64,000 nucleotides of DNA, from NCBI RefSeq assembly GCF_001194135.2, contig NC_068994.1:40535237-40599236 (forward strand), read 5' to 3'. Position 1 is the first letter of the stretch; every line of letters starts with the position of its first letter. The translations under genes and the position numbers were made by a program. Source of the stretch: Octopus bimaculoides. Its lineage: Eukaryota. Of this stretch, positions 11,299 to 22,809 are shown piece by piece. Under the pieces are notes generated by a model. That model made no database searches, had not been told where the DNA came from, and saw only the letters and a list, made by a program, of their open reading frames with translations.

Positions 11299-11708
11299 GG
11301 AGGTGAGCTGGCAGAATCGTTAGCACGCCGGGCAAAATGCTTAGCGACATTTCATCCGTCTTTAAGGAAGACGCATGGCTCAGTGGTTAGACCATTGCGA
11401 TCACAATCATGAGGTACTGAGCTCGCTTCTCGGACCATGTTGTGTGTTGTTTTTCTTGGGCAAGACACTTTATTTTTCGTTGCTCCAGTTCACTCAGCTG
11501 TAGAAATGAGCTGTGACATCACTGGTGCTAAGCTGTATCGGTCTTTGTTTTTTCCCTCGGATAACATCGGTAGCGTGGAGTGGAGAGACTGGTATGCACG
11601 GGCGACTGCTGGCCTTCTACAAACAACCTTGCCTGGACTCGTGCCTCAGAGAGGAACTTTCTAGGTGCAATCTCATGAACATTCATGACCGTAAGGGTTC
11701 TTTACTTT
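11299..11708 (+). mobile_element. Family A head (11299-11365) fused to a full family D SINE (11366-11708)
   Basis: ggaggtgagctggcagaatcgttagcacgccgggcaaaatgcttagc is followed directly by ggaagacgcatggctcagtggttag...gggttctttactttt. Confidence 0.8.
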
Positions 11709-11789
11709 TATGTAATAATACACTTACTAATTATCAATAAAATAAACAGCTATAGGGTACAAGGAAACTAGTACTGGTGTGTAACAGTA

Positions 11790-12013
11790 TTTAGTGTGTA
11801 CCCATAACATAATTCTCTGGGAGATTCAGTATGACACAGTATGTGACAATACTGGCACTTTAAATTACAGGTACTACTCATTTTTGCCAGTTGAGTGGCT
11901 TGGAGCAGCATGAAATAAAGCATTTTGTGTGAGGACACAATGCGCTGCCATTTTCTGACTCACAATTTTATGATCATGAGCCGAATACCTAAAACACTTT
12001 GCCATGTGCCCTC
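11790..12013 (-). mobile_element. Decayed D/E-type SINE
   Basis: gggagattcagtatgacacag...tactcatttttgccagttgagtgg..ggagc; head ends gccatgtgccctcac. Confidence 0.65.
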
Positions 12014-12338
12014 ACACTATATTAGAGTAACCCCACTTCAAATGACCAGACAAACTGATCAGTAGCCCATTCTTAAATCTTCTGAAAAGGTATTCAAAAG
12101 CAGATGAGATTCTATTCGAATTCCTGCCCCTAACTCTGTTATGAATTTTTCCACTCCAAGAAACACAGGGGTGCATCCTCATGGGGGTGTTTCCTCACTG
12201 GGGTGCCTCCTCACTGGCTTTGCTTAAATACTTATGAGCTCTTTGTAAATATATATATGGTGATTGGATCACAAAAATTGAATTGCCCTTTAAAGAATTT
12301 CTGAGATTTTCTTTTTCGCTTTTCTTTTTATAACAATA

Positions 12339-12499
12339 GGTGCAGGCATGGCTGTGTGGTAAGAAGCTTGGAACCCAACCACATGAATCCAGGTTCAGTC
12401 TCACTGCATGACACCTTGGGCAAGTGTCTTCTACTATAGTCTCAGACCTACCAAAGCCTTGAGAGTGGATTTGGTAGATGGGAACCAAAAAAAGCTCAT

Positions 12500-12589
<90 letters not shown>

Positions 12590-12848
12590 TAGATATAAAG
12601 ATGGAAAGATAGATAGATATATCAATGTGTGTGTGTCTTTGTCTGTGTTTGTCACCCACCACCACTGGACAACCGGTGTTGGTGTGTTTACATCCCTGTA
12701 ACTTAGGTGTTTGGCAAAAGAGATGATAGAATAAGTACTAAGCTTAAAGAAACAAATAAACCCTGGGGTCAATTTGTTTGATTAAAACCATTCAAGGCTC
12801 TGCCCCAGCATGGCCATAGTCAAATGACTGAAACAAATGAAAGATAAC
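12339..12848 (+). mobile_element. Full-length SINE family B with internal (TA)n/(GA)n
   Basis: Head ggtgcaggcatggctgtgtggtaagaagcttg...ggttcagtctcactg, CORE-like accttgggcaagtgtcttctactatag, and 3' half ending gactgaaacaaatgaaagataa. Confidence 0.85.
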
Positions 12849-13426
12849 AGATCCATACATTTAATTAGGTTAATCAATTCAATATTATTCTATTTTCAAT
12901 ATTATTCCATTGATTTGAAGATTGGAACAAGGCCACTAATGTGATGGGCGGGTATAAGTTGATGAAATATCCCAGAACTCAATTAATGTATTTTGTTCTT
13001 TTTCAGAAACAGCAGAAGGATGGAAAATTAGCCTTGGCAGGATTTGAACCTTAGATGTAATGGACTGTAACTAAATATTTCAAGACATTTAGTTTGCCAA
13101 ACTTTACGTGTATAATTATTGATATCTCAAAATTGGCAGATGGGCATAAATTTGGTGTGAGGGAATAATTGATTAAATCAACTCCAGTATTTGATTGGTG
13201 CCTTATTTGATTGACTTTCAGTCAGATTGTGAAGTCACTTGGCCCAGTGGTTAGGGTGCTGTACTCATAACTGCAAGATTGTGGTTTCCATTCCCACCCT
13301 GTTCTGTGCATTGAGTTCTGGAGCCAAACACTTCATCTCATGTTGCTCCAGTTCACTTGACTGTAAATTAGTGACCTGTGATGGAATGGTATCTCATTCA
13401 GTGATAATGTGATTTTGGTTACTTAT

Positions 13427-13601
13427 TGTTGTGTTGACACCCCCAAGCGAAGAAGTAGGCTCGACTAAGACATATAAATAGAGGTAGTCTGACCGTGGTA
13501 GGGGTGGACTGAGTGGTCAACTGACAGTTGAGTAGCCGTCATGTAGCGGTAGAGCAGAGATCATCCGAAGGTGCTAGATAGCAGTAGCTTGAGACATAAC
13601 A
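13427..13601 (+). mobile_element. Solo LTR-like element (175 bp) with 5-bp TSD
   Basis: Starts TGTTGTGT and ends ACATAACA (inverted termini). Flanked by identical CTTAT (13422-13426 and 13602-13606). Has an internal TATA-like catataaatag and retains CpGs. Confidence 0.75.
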
Positions 13602-13744
13602 CTTATACACCATGGAAACCAGGTAATCAGCTCTACACATGCTAGGATTCAGCACAATAATTTACTTTGCACGATGGAAAAATGAAAAGCAAAGATAACC
13701 TAGGTATAATTTAAACAAAGAACATTAAGGGTCCTAACTAAATA

Positions 13745-13970
13745 ATGGTTTTAAATTTTGGCACCAGAGCAGCAAGTTCAGGGGAGGGATTGAGTCTATT
13801 ACACCGACTCCAGTGCTCAACTAGTACTTATTTTATCAACCCTGAAAGGATGAAAAGGAAAGTCAATCTCAGTCTCCATGGGATTTGAACTCAGAACATA
13901 AAGACAGATGAAACGTTGCTCAGCATTTTTTCCCAGTGCACTAACAATTCTGCCAGTTCGTTATCCTAGT
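13745..13970 (-). mobile_element. SINE family A/F
   Basis: tacttattttatcaaccctgaaaggatgaaaagg...ggatttgaactcagaac...ctaacaattctgccag. Confidence 0.75.
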
Positions 13971-14177
13971 CCTAACTAAACAATACAAGGCATTTTGTCC
14001 AAGGCTAAGGAATTTGCCTGTTAAGCTTCTTAATTACTGGAGTGAAACTCCTCATTATCAAGAGTAATTTTCACAGGGATATTAGTTTCAACATACAAAG
14101 TCAAGAGAGATCTGTCAAACTTGAATGACACTTACCCCCATCGCAGCTCTATACAAATGTAATTATTATCTAAGGTG

Positions 14178-14345
14178 TGAGTGTGGTTGCATGATAAGAA
14201 GTTTCCTTCTGAGCCACATGCCTTTGGGTCTAATCCCACTGAATGGCACTTTGGGGCAAGTGTTTTCTAGTATGGGCCCACACCATTTAAAGCTTTGTGG
14301 GTGGAGTTGGTGGATAGTAATTGAAGGAAGCTTGTGTGTGTGTAT
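14178..14345 (+). mobile_element. SINE family B, 5' half, decayed
   Basis: gtgtggttgcatgataagaagtttcct...ttggggcaagtgttttctagtatggg. Confidence 0.65.
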
Positions 14346-14369
14346 GTGTATATATATATATATATATAG

Positions 14370-14710
14370 GTAGAATTCACAAAAAAACAATAGACAAAGA
14401 CAGGTGGTGTAGAAAACAAGCAGATGTATTAGTATAACGCTCGGGAATTGAAAAAGTCTTTAACGTTTCGAGCCTACACTCTTCCACAGAAAGGAACACA
14501 GAAAGAAACAAGGAGAGAAAAAAAAATGTGTGTAGTGGTTAGCGATCTATCATGGCAAATGGTTAAGAGCACTAAATTCTTTGGAAGAAAGCAAGCAAAT
14601 GTATATGAAAACAAAGATGAAAAAACAGAGAAATGTTACACAATTACAAATACAAACAACAGGACATTAACAATAGGTGTCTTTCAAATTACTTACTCTG
14701 TTTTGATATA
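14370..14710 (-). mobile_element. Penelope-like terminal-repeat relic carrying a minimal HHR
   Basis: Its architecture parallels the reverse complement of the 55530-55994 units (gtattag..gctc..acgtttcgagc..ctcttc..cagaaa..). Confidence 0.5.
14458..14493 (-). ncRNA. Minimal type I hammerhead motif (Penelope-type)
   Basis: Minus strand CTTT-CTGTGGA-A-GAGT-GTAG-GCTC-GAAA-CGT-T-AAAG: stem I CTTT/AAAG, stem II GAGT/GCTC, palindromic stem III ACGT. A6 is the only changed core base. Confidence 0.55.
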
Positions 14711-15284
14711 AATTTGTCACACATAGTATTGCTAGCTGAGTGGAATATGCCTCACTAAAGAGACCTAATAAGATTGAAACATGCTTGTTATTTTCACTAC
14801 TTTATTTTTAAAAACAAGATCCTACTTAACACCTCTATTTTCCCAAAATTTCAGTTAATTGATTTTGCTAGAGTTACCACCCTTGGTTCTTGCTCTTAGA
14901 ATTTGAAAATCCCTGTAGTAAATTTTTAATCGTTTAATTGCACGGAGAATTTCAGTTAATTGAAGTTTTCCAATGCACTATATTCAGGCAGAATCATTTG
15001 CATGTCTGACAAAATGCTTAGTGGCATTTGTTCTAGTTCTTTACATTCAGAGTTCAAATCCCACTGTGGTCAGCTATGTCTTCATTCTCTCAAATAAAAC
15101 AAAGTACCAACCAAATACCGAGGTTGATGTAATTGACTTACCCTTCTCAAAATTACTGGTACTGAATCCTGCAATGGACCAGTATCTCATTTGTGGGCAA
15201 CGATGTGAGTTTGCTCACTTATACGACATGAGAATCATGTGCCAGGCCTAATGATGCCTAGGGCTCAAGAAAAATAAAATAACA

Positions 15285-15588
15285 TTATATGTGTAGCTGC
15301 ATGGTAAGAAGCTTGCTTCTCAACCATGCGGTTCTGCATTCAGTCCCATGAAGTCTCTTCTGCTATAGCCTTGGCCCTTATGAGTGGATTTTGAAGACAG
15401 AAACTAAAAGAAGCCCGTTGCATATATGTGTGTGTGTGTGGTGTGCGCGCATGTGTGTGTGTGTTTTTGTGTGTGTTTGTATCTGTGTTTATCTCCCTCA
15501 CCCATCACCTGACAAGCAGTTTTAGTGTGTTTACATTCCCGTAATTTTGCAGTTCGGCAAAAGAGACCAATAGAATAAGTATCAGGCT

Positions 15589-15632
<44 letters not shown>

Positions 15633-15725
15633 CTGGGATCAATTTATTCCCCGAAAAATTCTTCAAGGTAGTGCCCCAGCATAGTCACAGTCTAATTGAC
15701 AGAAACAAATAAAAGATAAAAGATA
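15285..15725 (+). mobile_element. SINE family B with internal (GT)n and poly-A
   Basis: gtgtagctgcatggtaagaagcttgc...gcagttcggcaaaagagaccaatagaataagt...gtgccccagcat. Confidence 0.8.
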
Positions 15726-15796
15726 TGTGAGACCCTATCACATTTGTACTTAGTATATAAAATGCTTCCCTGAAGTATTTTAACCATAGGAATATT

Positions 15797-15998
15797 CTTT
15801 TCTACTCTAGGTATAAGGCCTGAAATTTTGGGGGAGCAGGCCAGTCGATTAGATCGACTCCAGTACACAGCTGGTACTTAATTTATAGACTCTGAAAGGA
15901 TAAAAAGCAAAGTTGACGTTGGCAGAATTTGAACTCAGAATGTAAAGAACTCAAACGAAATACCGCTAAGCATTTTGCTCGGCAAGCTAACGTTTCTG
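15797..15998 (-). mobile_element. SINE family A/F with 13-bp TSD
   Basis: CCATAGGAATATT at 15784-15796 and 15999-16011; the copy is slightly 5'-truncated. Confidence 0.85.
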
Positions 15999-16204
15999 CC
16001 ATAGGAATATTGTGGAAATTCTACTTCAGTTAGTTGTTGCTTAATCACAGGCAGGCTCTCATGAAGCAAACCTCAGATTTAGGGCATTTCAGACATAACA
16101 GACCAGGCTATTTTTTGCTAGGTATAATCGAAATTTTACTTGCGCACACGCGCACATATACGTGCGCACACACACACACGCACACACACACACACGCACA
16201 CATA

Positions 16205-16435
16205 CATATTCTTTATTGCCCACAAGGGGCTAAACATAGAAGGGACAAACAAGAACAGACAAACGGATTAAGTCGATTACATCAACCCCAGTGCGTAACT
16301 GGTGCTTTATTTATCGACCCCGAAAGGATGAAAGGCTAAGTCGACCTCGGCGGAATTTGAACTCAGAACGTAGCAGCAGACAAAATACCGCTAAGCATTT
16401 CGCCCAGCGTGCTAACGTTTCTGCCAGCTCGCCGC
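16205..16435 (-). mobile_element. Young SINE family A
   Basis: The reverse complement starts gcggcgagctggcagaaacgttagcacgctgggcgaaatgcttagcgg, has the B-box gagttcaaattcc and the body gcctttcatcctttcggggtcgata, and retains CpGs. Confidence 0.9.
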
Positions 16436-16594
16436 AAATGCACGAACATACACACACCACACACACACACGCACACATACACACACACGCACACATTTAG
16501 GTGCTGGCGAGGCCGTGTGTGTGTATGTTTGTGTGTATGTGTGTGTGTGTGTGGTTGTGCCTGTGTGTGGTGTGTGTATGTTCGTGCATTTGCG
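16433..16594. repeat. Inverted repeat with 32-33-bp perfect outer arms and (CA)n/(GT)n inner arms
   Basis: 16433-16464 cgcaaatgcacgaacatacacacaccacacac is the exact reverse complement of 16563-16594. Confidence 0.9.
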
Positions 16595-16737
16595 TATAAT
16601 TATACACACTTATAAATTTCTCTGTGTGTGTGTATAAATATATACGTGTGTGTATGTGTGTGTGTGCGTGTGTGCATTTATGTGTAATTATGCACATAAA
16701 TTTCTCTGTGTGTGTGCATAAATATATACATATGTGA

Positions 16738-16775
<38 letters not shown>

Positions 16776-17171
16776 ATGTATGCGCATGTGTGTGTGCGTG
16801 CGTGTAGGTAAACACACCGATGTGAGGAAACTAAAAATTAAGCACATATACACCAGATAGATGTGCAGAAAGGCGTCAGAAGGGAAATAACTCCTTTTTA
16901 CATAATCCCTTTAATGCTACGTCACCTGTCTATATTACTGATTTCATTTGATTGCACTCAATCAATGGCCTCTAGAGGAAAACACAAATGAGATGTTGTG
17001 GTGATCACTAATTTGTCACTGACTTTATTAGAGAAATGAATTTAGCCAAATGCCATCTACTAGAGACTGAGACCGAATGGTGGAATTAGTACACCTGGAA
17101 CTTCTTGTTCTATATCTTTTGCAACTAGTAACAACCACTTAGAAATATGATTATTATTTAAACAGAAATAA

Positions 17172-17207
<36 letters not shown>

Positions 17208-18197
17208 AGAGAGAGAGAGGAGGAGAGAGAGAAGGACAGACAGACAGAGAAAGAAAGAAGAAAGAGAGTCTGAAAGAGAGATCTTATGGTTCTATATCTA
17301 ATTATTCTTATTGCATTTGTATTTGATTTTATTTCTTTTCAAAATTTTTAAACCAATTAGAAATATGTTTGAAATATAACATTAATGTAATCTAATAAAA
17401 ATAAATATAATTATAACATTTGAGTTCGTTCCTAAGATTTTGAAGACATTGGCTTATTTTAATGCCACATCAGTTTATAAAGCTAGCATAAGTATTCTGA
17501 AAGCATCTTACTAAGTCATTTAAGGATTTAGCTTAAGTATCTTTCTTAGCATCATCAACAATTTCAGTCCAATTAAGAAACCATAAAGGATAAAAAAAAA
17601 AAGAAAAAAAAGAAAGAAAGAAAGCAAAAGTGTCTGTGCGTTTGATTAAGAGCGGTGGGTGAGTGTCGAAGTTGAGCAGCTGAATGAATAGTGGCTGACT
17701 TAAAATATGCATGTGGTATCTCTCATGGGTTTAAGTTTGAGGAAGACAGAAAGGAATTTAAATTGCAACTAATTCAGTTCCATTTAAAACTAGCTAAATA
17801 GATTTAAAATATTCCCCATAATCAATATTATAAGTTTTGTGTGTTTTATTTTTAATTTTGTATCTTTTAGTTTGTGATGGTAAAATGTTGTCTAACGATA
17901 AAATAAGTGTATGCTAGTGATGGTGGTGGTAGTGTTGGTGGTGGTGCTGGTGCTGTTGGTGTTGGTGGTGTTGGGGGTGGTGGTGGTGCTGGTGGTGTTG
18001 ATGTTGGTGTTGCTGGTGGTGGTGGTGTTTGTGGTGTTGGTGTTGGTGTTGGGGGAGGAGCTGCTGCTGCTAATACTACCACCACCACTATCACTGCCAC
18101 AGCCACTGCCGCCGCCCTCGCCGCCGCCCTCGCCGCCGCCCTCGCCGCCGCCACCATTCATATATATCTGCATAGGGAAACACACACACACACACAA

Positions 18198-18234
<37 letters not shown>

Positions 18235-18750
18235 NNNNNNNNNNNNNNNNNNNNNNNNNNNNNNNNNNNNNNNNNNNNNNNNNNNNNNNNNNNNNNNNNN
18301 NNNNNNNNNNNNNNNNNNNNNNNNNNNNNNNNNNNNNNNNNNNNNNNNNNNNNNNNNNNNNNNNNNNNNNNNNNNNNNNNNNNNNNNNNNNNNNNNNNNN
18401 NNNNNNNNNNNNNNNNNNNNNNNNNNNNNNNNNNNNNNNNNNNNNNNNNNNNNNNNNNNNNNNNNNNNNNNNNNNNNNNNNNNNNNNNNNNNNNNNNNNN
18501 NNNNNNNNNNNNNNNNNNNNNNNNNNNNNNNNNNNNNNNNNNNNNNNNNNNNNNNNNNNNNNNNNNNNNNNNNNNNNNNNNNNNNNNNNNNNNNNNNNNN
18601 NNNNNNNNNNNNNNNNNNNNNNNNNNNNNNNNNAATGGTGAAACTTGCAGCAAAAAAAGCTATAAATAACAGTGTGCAAATATTGAGTTAAAAAATGCTT
18701 TAGATAGAAAAAGTCAAAGGCTGTCCCACTATTCCCCCAAAAGATATATG

Positions 18751-18799
<49 letters not shown>

Positions 18800-19489
18800 G
18801 AAGACAGACAGATCAATATAGATGTAGATATTGATGTGGGCTTACATATAGTTTCTAGCGACCAACTCCACTTACAAACCTTGCTTAACTCAAGGCTCTA
18901 GTAAAGGACACTTCTTCAAAGTACCCTATGGTGGGACTGAACCTGAAACCATATTGTTATGAAACAAACTTCATTGCCATACCTGTTCATGTTATATGGG
19001 ATTTTTATTGTGCATTCTAATTAAAATTAAAGTATTTAAACACTGGGAATCCCTGATGGGTTGTTATTAAAAGAGTTAAAAGGAAGTCTATATGTGGTTA
19101 ATGAACATGCTAGAAATAACAAGCAAATCTCCTTCACACCACACTGCATTGTCATAAAAATGAAAAACACCTTTGATAGCACAGAACAAAATATACAAAC
19201 AAACAAAATGAAATAAACTCTGAGATGGCCATATTTGGAATGCCTTTTTCAAAATTTGTTATCATTTTAAAACCCTGAATTTTGTAGGGTCATTAAGATT
19301 TGAGGGGATGTGTGTAGAAGATGTTACAACTCATGTGCTTCTCTTGCAAGAAGCTGCACATCAAGATCTCAAGGTATCTCTGACCAAAGTCGTTTGATCT
19401 AAATTCTTTCAAAACATTGCATTCTGCTAAAGACAAACAAGGATAATCAATTATTATTAGTGGTAGTAGTGTTGAATGAAGTGATGGTC

Positions 19490-19710
19490 TAAGCTGGCAG
19501 CACGTAAAAGAAGTACCTAGCACACTCTGTAAAGTGGTTGGTGTTAGGAAGGGCATCCAGCCATAGAAGCCAAGCTAAACCAGACAGGAACCTGGTGCAG
19601 CTATCCTCCTTGCTAGCTCTGGTCAAAACTATTTAACCTATGCCCCATGCCAGCATGGAAAATGGATGTTAAATGATGATGATGATGACAACGACAACGA
19701 TGATGATGAT
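19490..19710 (+). mobile_element. Family C (RTE-tail) repeat
   Basis: gtggttggtgttaggaagggcatccagcc...catgccagcatggaaaatggatgttaaatgatgat. Confidence 0.75.
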
Positions 19711-20147
19711 GATATATATATATATATATATATANNNNNNNNNNNNNNNNNNNNNNNNNNNNNNNNNNNNNNNNNNNNNNNNNNNNNNNNNNNNNNNNNN
19801 NNNNNNNNNNNNNNNNNNNNNNNNNNNNNNNNNNNNNNNNNNNNNNNNNNNNNNNNNNNNNNNNNNNNNNNNNNNNNNNNNNNNNNNNNNNNNNNNNNNN
19901 NNNNNNNNNNNNNNNNNNNNNNNNNNNNNNNNNNNNNNNNNNNNNNNNNNNNNNNNNNNNNNNNNNNNNNNNNNNNNNNNNNNNNNNNNNNNNNNNNNNN
20001 NNNNNNNNNNNNNNNNNNNNNNNNNNNNNNNNNNNNNNNNNNNNNNNNNNNNNNNNNNNNNNNNNNNNNNNNNNNNNNNNNNNNNNNNNNNNNNNNNNNN
20101 NNNNNNNNNNNNNNNNNNNNNNNNNNNNNNNNNNNNNNNNNNATATA

Positions 20148-20184
<37 letters not shown>

Positions 20185-20934
20185 GTATGAATATATGCAT
20201 ATATATATATTTACATTTACATATATATGTTTGTATATCCACACACGCACACACATGCATGTATAAAGTTGAAAAATGGTGAGATAAATAGCAACCAGTC
20301 ATTCATACTCACTACCACTATGATTATTGCTACTAATACCATCACCGTCATTAGCATAACGATTACCACTGTCAGTCACAATCACTGCTACCATTAACAT
20401 TACAATACCACCATCACCCCGGCCAACATTAGTGTCATTACCATAATCATTTTATCATTATCAATTTAAATACTTGCATTAGTTAAACGTAATAATAATT
20501 AAAATTTTCTGGACAGTTAACCTTATCATTTGCAGTTTCTTTTTTTCTTTCTATTTTTTAATTGTTATTGTGTGAAATTTAGATTATATTTCAATTGGTC
20601 TAATGTCTGGTTGTCTTCAGATACCTTATTTCTTCAAACATAGTGTAAAAATGCAAAAACATGAAAGATGAAATTAATTGTTTGGAAAATTTAAATCATT
20701 ATTGCCATAATCTATCAGAGAACTTTGAAATATGTAACCATTAGCTGAGTGATTAGGAAAATCACAGAAGTTTAGACATTTCATTATTTCAGTGATTACA
20801 AAAGTTCCTAATCTTGAGCTGCTAATATGAATTTCTTACATTGTCACAAGACTACAAAACAAATTATGGAGAAATCTTACTGTTGATTCTATTAATTCAT
20901 CTGGTGTTTATTTTTAGATCTATATAATGTTAAT

Positions 20935-21080
20935 AACAGGTCCAAACCAAATGGGAATTGCAGGCCTCGGTTTCAGTTAGTAATAGGTCCAATTCAGATG
21001 TGTGTTCTAGACCTCATTTCAACTGCTCTTAGGCCCAGACCAAATATGAATTGTAGGCCCCATTTCAACTGGCTGCAGAT
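20935..21080. repeat. Degenerate minisatellite with about 46-bp period (about 3 units)
   Basis: Recurring agg(t/c)cca..cc(a)aat..gaattg.aggcc.c.tttca segments. Confidence 0.55.
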
Positions 21081-21169
21081 GGAAAATGTACACCTAATTT
21101 CAAACTGATTATGAAGTATAAAAATACTAATAGACACAAAATACATATGATTTATCTGTGGTTCATAGG

Positions 21170-21597
21170 CAGGGCATGATTAAGACCCATAGTGGCCCTA
21201 AGCACTTAAAAGATTTTGGTGCCCCCCCCCCCATATAATAAACCATAAAATAATGATAATAAACCATAAAATAAATTCTTATTTTTCAAAATGAAACAAA
21301 ACTAACAGTAAGATGAAAAATAATGTTTATTTTTGTATACTTCCACTTTATTTATATTTGAAAGGTTTTCTACTTTTTTGTAATTGCAAAGTATTTGATC
21401 AGATCATCATTATGACATCATGAACACATTGAAATTATATTTCCGATCGCATAAACCACCTTGAATATTATTTCAGCAAATATAAAATGATTTCTTTTGT
21501 GCCATAAACCATTTACCAATTCTGTGGTACCCCATTCCCCACTTCCTTTGATGTCCTAAACACATGCTTATTTTGCTTAATGATTAACCCAGTTCTG
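21170..21597. mobile_element. Old hAT-type non-autonomous element
   Basis: Ends cagggcatgattaa and ttaacccagttctg (decayed CAGGGCCGGATTAA-type TIRs). The minus frame DDLIKYFAITKSRK resembles the hAT transposase C-terminus. No TSD remains. Confidence 0.5.
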
Positions 21598-22054
21598 AAT
21601 ATACCATTTAATAAAACTAGTGAGTCTCTAGAAATTGCAAAATATCAAGACTAAATACTGTAAGGCATTTAGTCTGGTATTTTACCCTTTACAACACCTT
21701 ACTAATATGAGCTTACTAAATGTTTAAGTCTTTCACAATTGTATTTCTTATGAAATACACTGTCTATATTCAATATTCAGAGTGCAAAGGTTGAAAAATC
21801 TATGGCATATGTAATAAGTATTTATTAAGGATTTCTCTTAGCTATTGGTAATAGCTTGCAATTAAACATTAGGCTAAGAATTTCTTAAAAAGATGACAGT
21901 TTTTTGTGGGACTGAAATCAGATATTTTCTGTTGCTCATGCTGAAGCACACTCTATGTCTACTTCAGTTACATAGAAGCAGCCTCCATTAAAGAAAGCAT
22001 TATTAACCCAATGGATTGCAAGCTATTACTTATAACCCAGAAGGCAGTGATCTG

Positions 22055-22800
22055 GTACAATCATTAGCATGTCAGACTAAAATGCTGAGCAGAATTTTTC
22101 CTGATTCATTACATTCTGAATTCAAATTCTGCTGAGGTTGACTTTGTCTTCATTTTTTTTTGAGGTTGATAAGATAAGTACCAGCTGAGTACTGGAGTTG
22201 ATGTAATCAACTAGTCCTACCCTACAAAACTTCAGGCCTTTTGCCAATAATAGAAAGGATTATTATGGGTAAGCTAGCACAATCGTTAGCATGTCAGGTT
22301 CAATGCTTAGCAGCATTTCATCTGTCTTTATGTTCTGAGTTCAAATTCTGCCAAGGTTAACTTTGCCTTTCATCCTTTCAGGGTTGATAAAATAACTACA
22401 GCTCCCATGACTTTCAGAAACATTTTTTCACACTAAGCATTGCTGAAGCATGGAACAAACTGCCGGCATCAGTTGTTAGTTGTGGGAACACTACATCCTT
22501 CAAAACTTCCATGCTTCCTGAGATTCGCCAACGCTACACCTGACTTTCTCCCCTCCATACACATGCAAGCATGTATCTGATTCATACACTGTTCACTTCC
22601 CAGACATTTGTACATTACTGCATATGCTTTATATGCACTTTTGACAAGTTGCAGTGCACCTGAGCACTGTATACAATAATTTCATTATTATATTATTGTA
22701 AAGTACCGATTGAACACTGGAGTCAATGTAATTGACTTACTCCCTCCACTAAAATAGTTGGCCTTGCACCAAAACCTGAAACCATTATTATTACTATCAT
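22055..22800 (+). mobile_element. Two tandem family A/F SINEs, the second split by a LINE fragment
   Basis: SINE bodies at about 22055-22260 and at 22262-22395 resuming at 22699-22800. Confidence 0.7.
22396..22698 (+). mobile_element. CR1/L2-type LINE 3' end
   Basis: KHFFTLSIAEAWNKLPASVVSCGNTTSFKTSMLPEIRQRYT* (stop at 22541-22543) matches the F..R....WN.LP C-terminal motif; followed by a 3' UTR and a TTA-rich tail. Confidence 0.75.
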
Positions 22801-22809
22801 TATTATTAG

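Noticed and set aside
17051-17063. CTCF-like motif tgccatctactag
   Set aside because: It mismatches a core position, and an isolated short motif is not supportable without ChIP or conservation data.
17630-17664. Strong donor TGG|GTGAGT at 17659
   Set aside because: The upstream sequence is purine-rich with no acceptor or ORF, so an exon cannot be defined.
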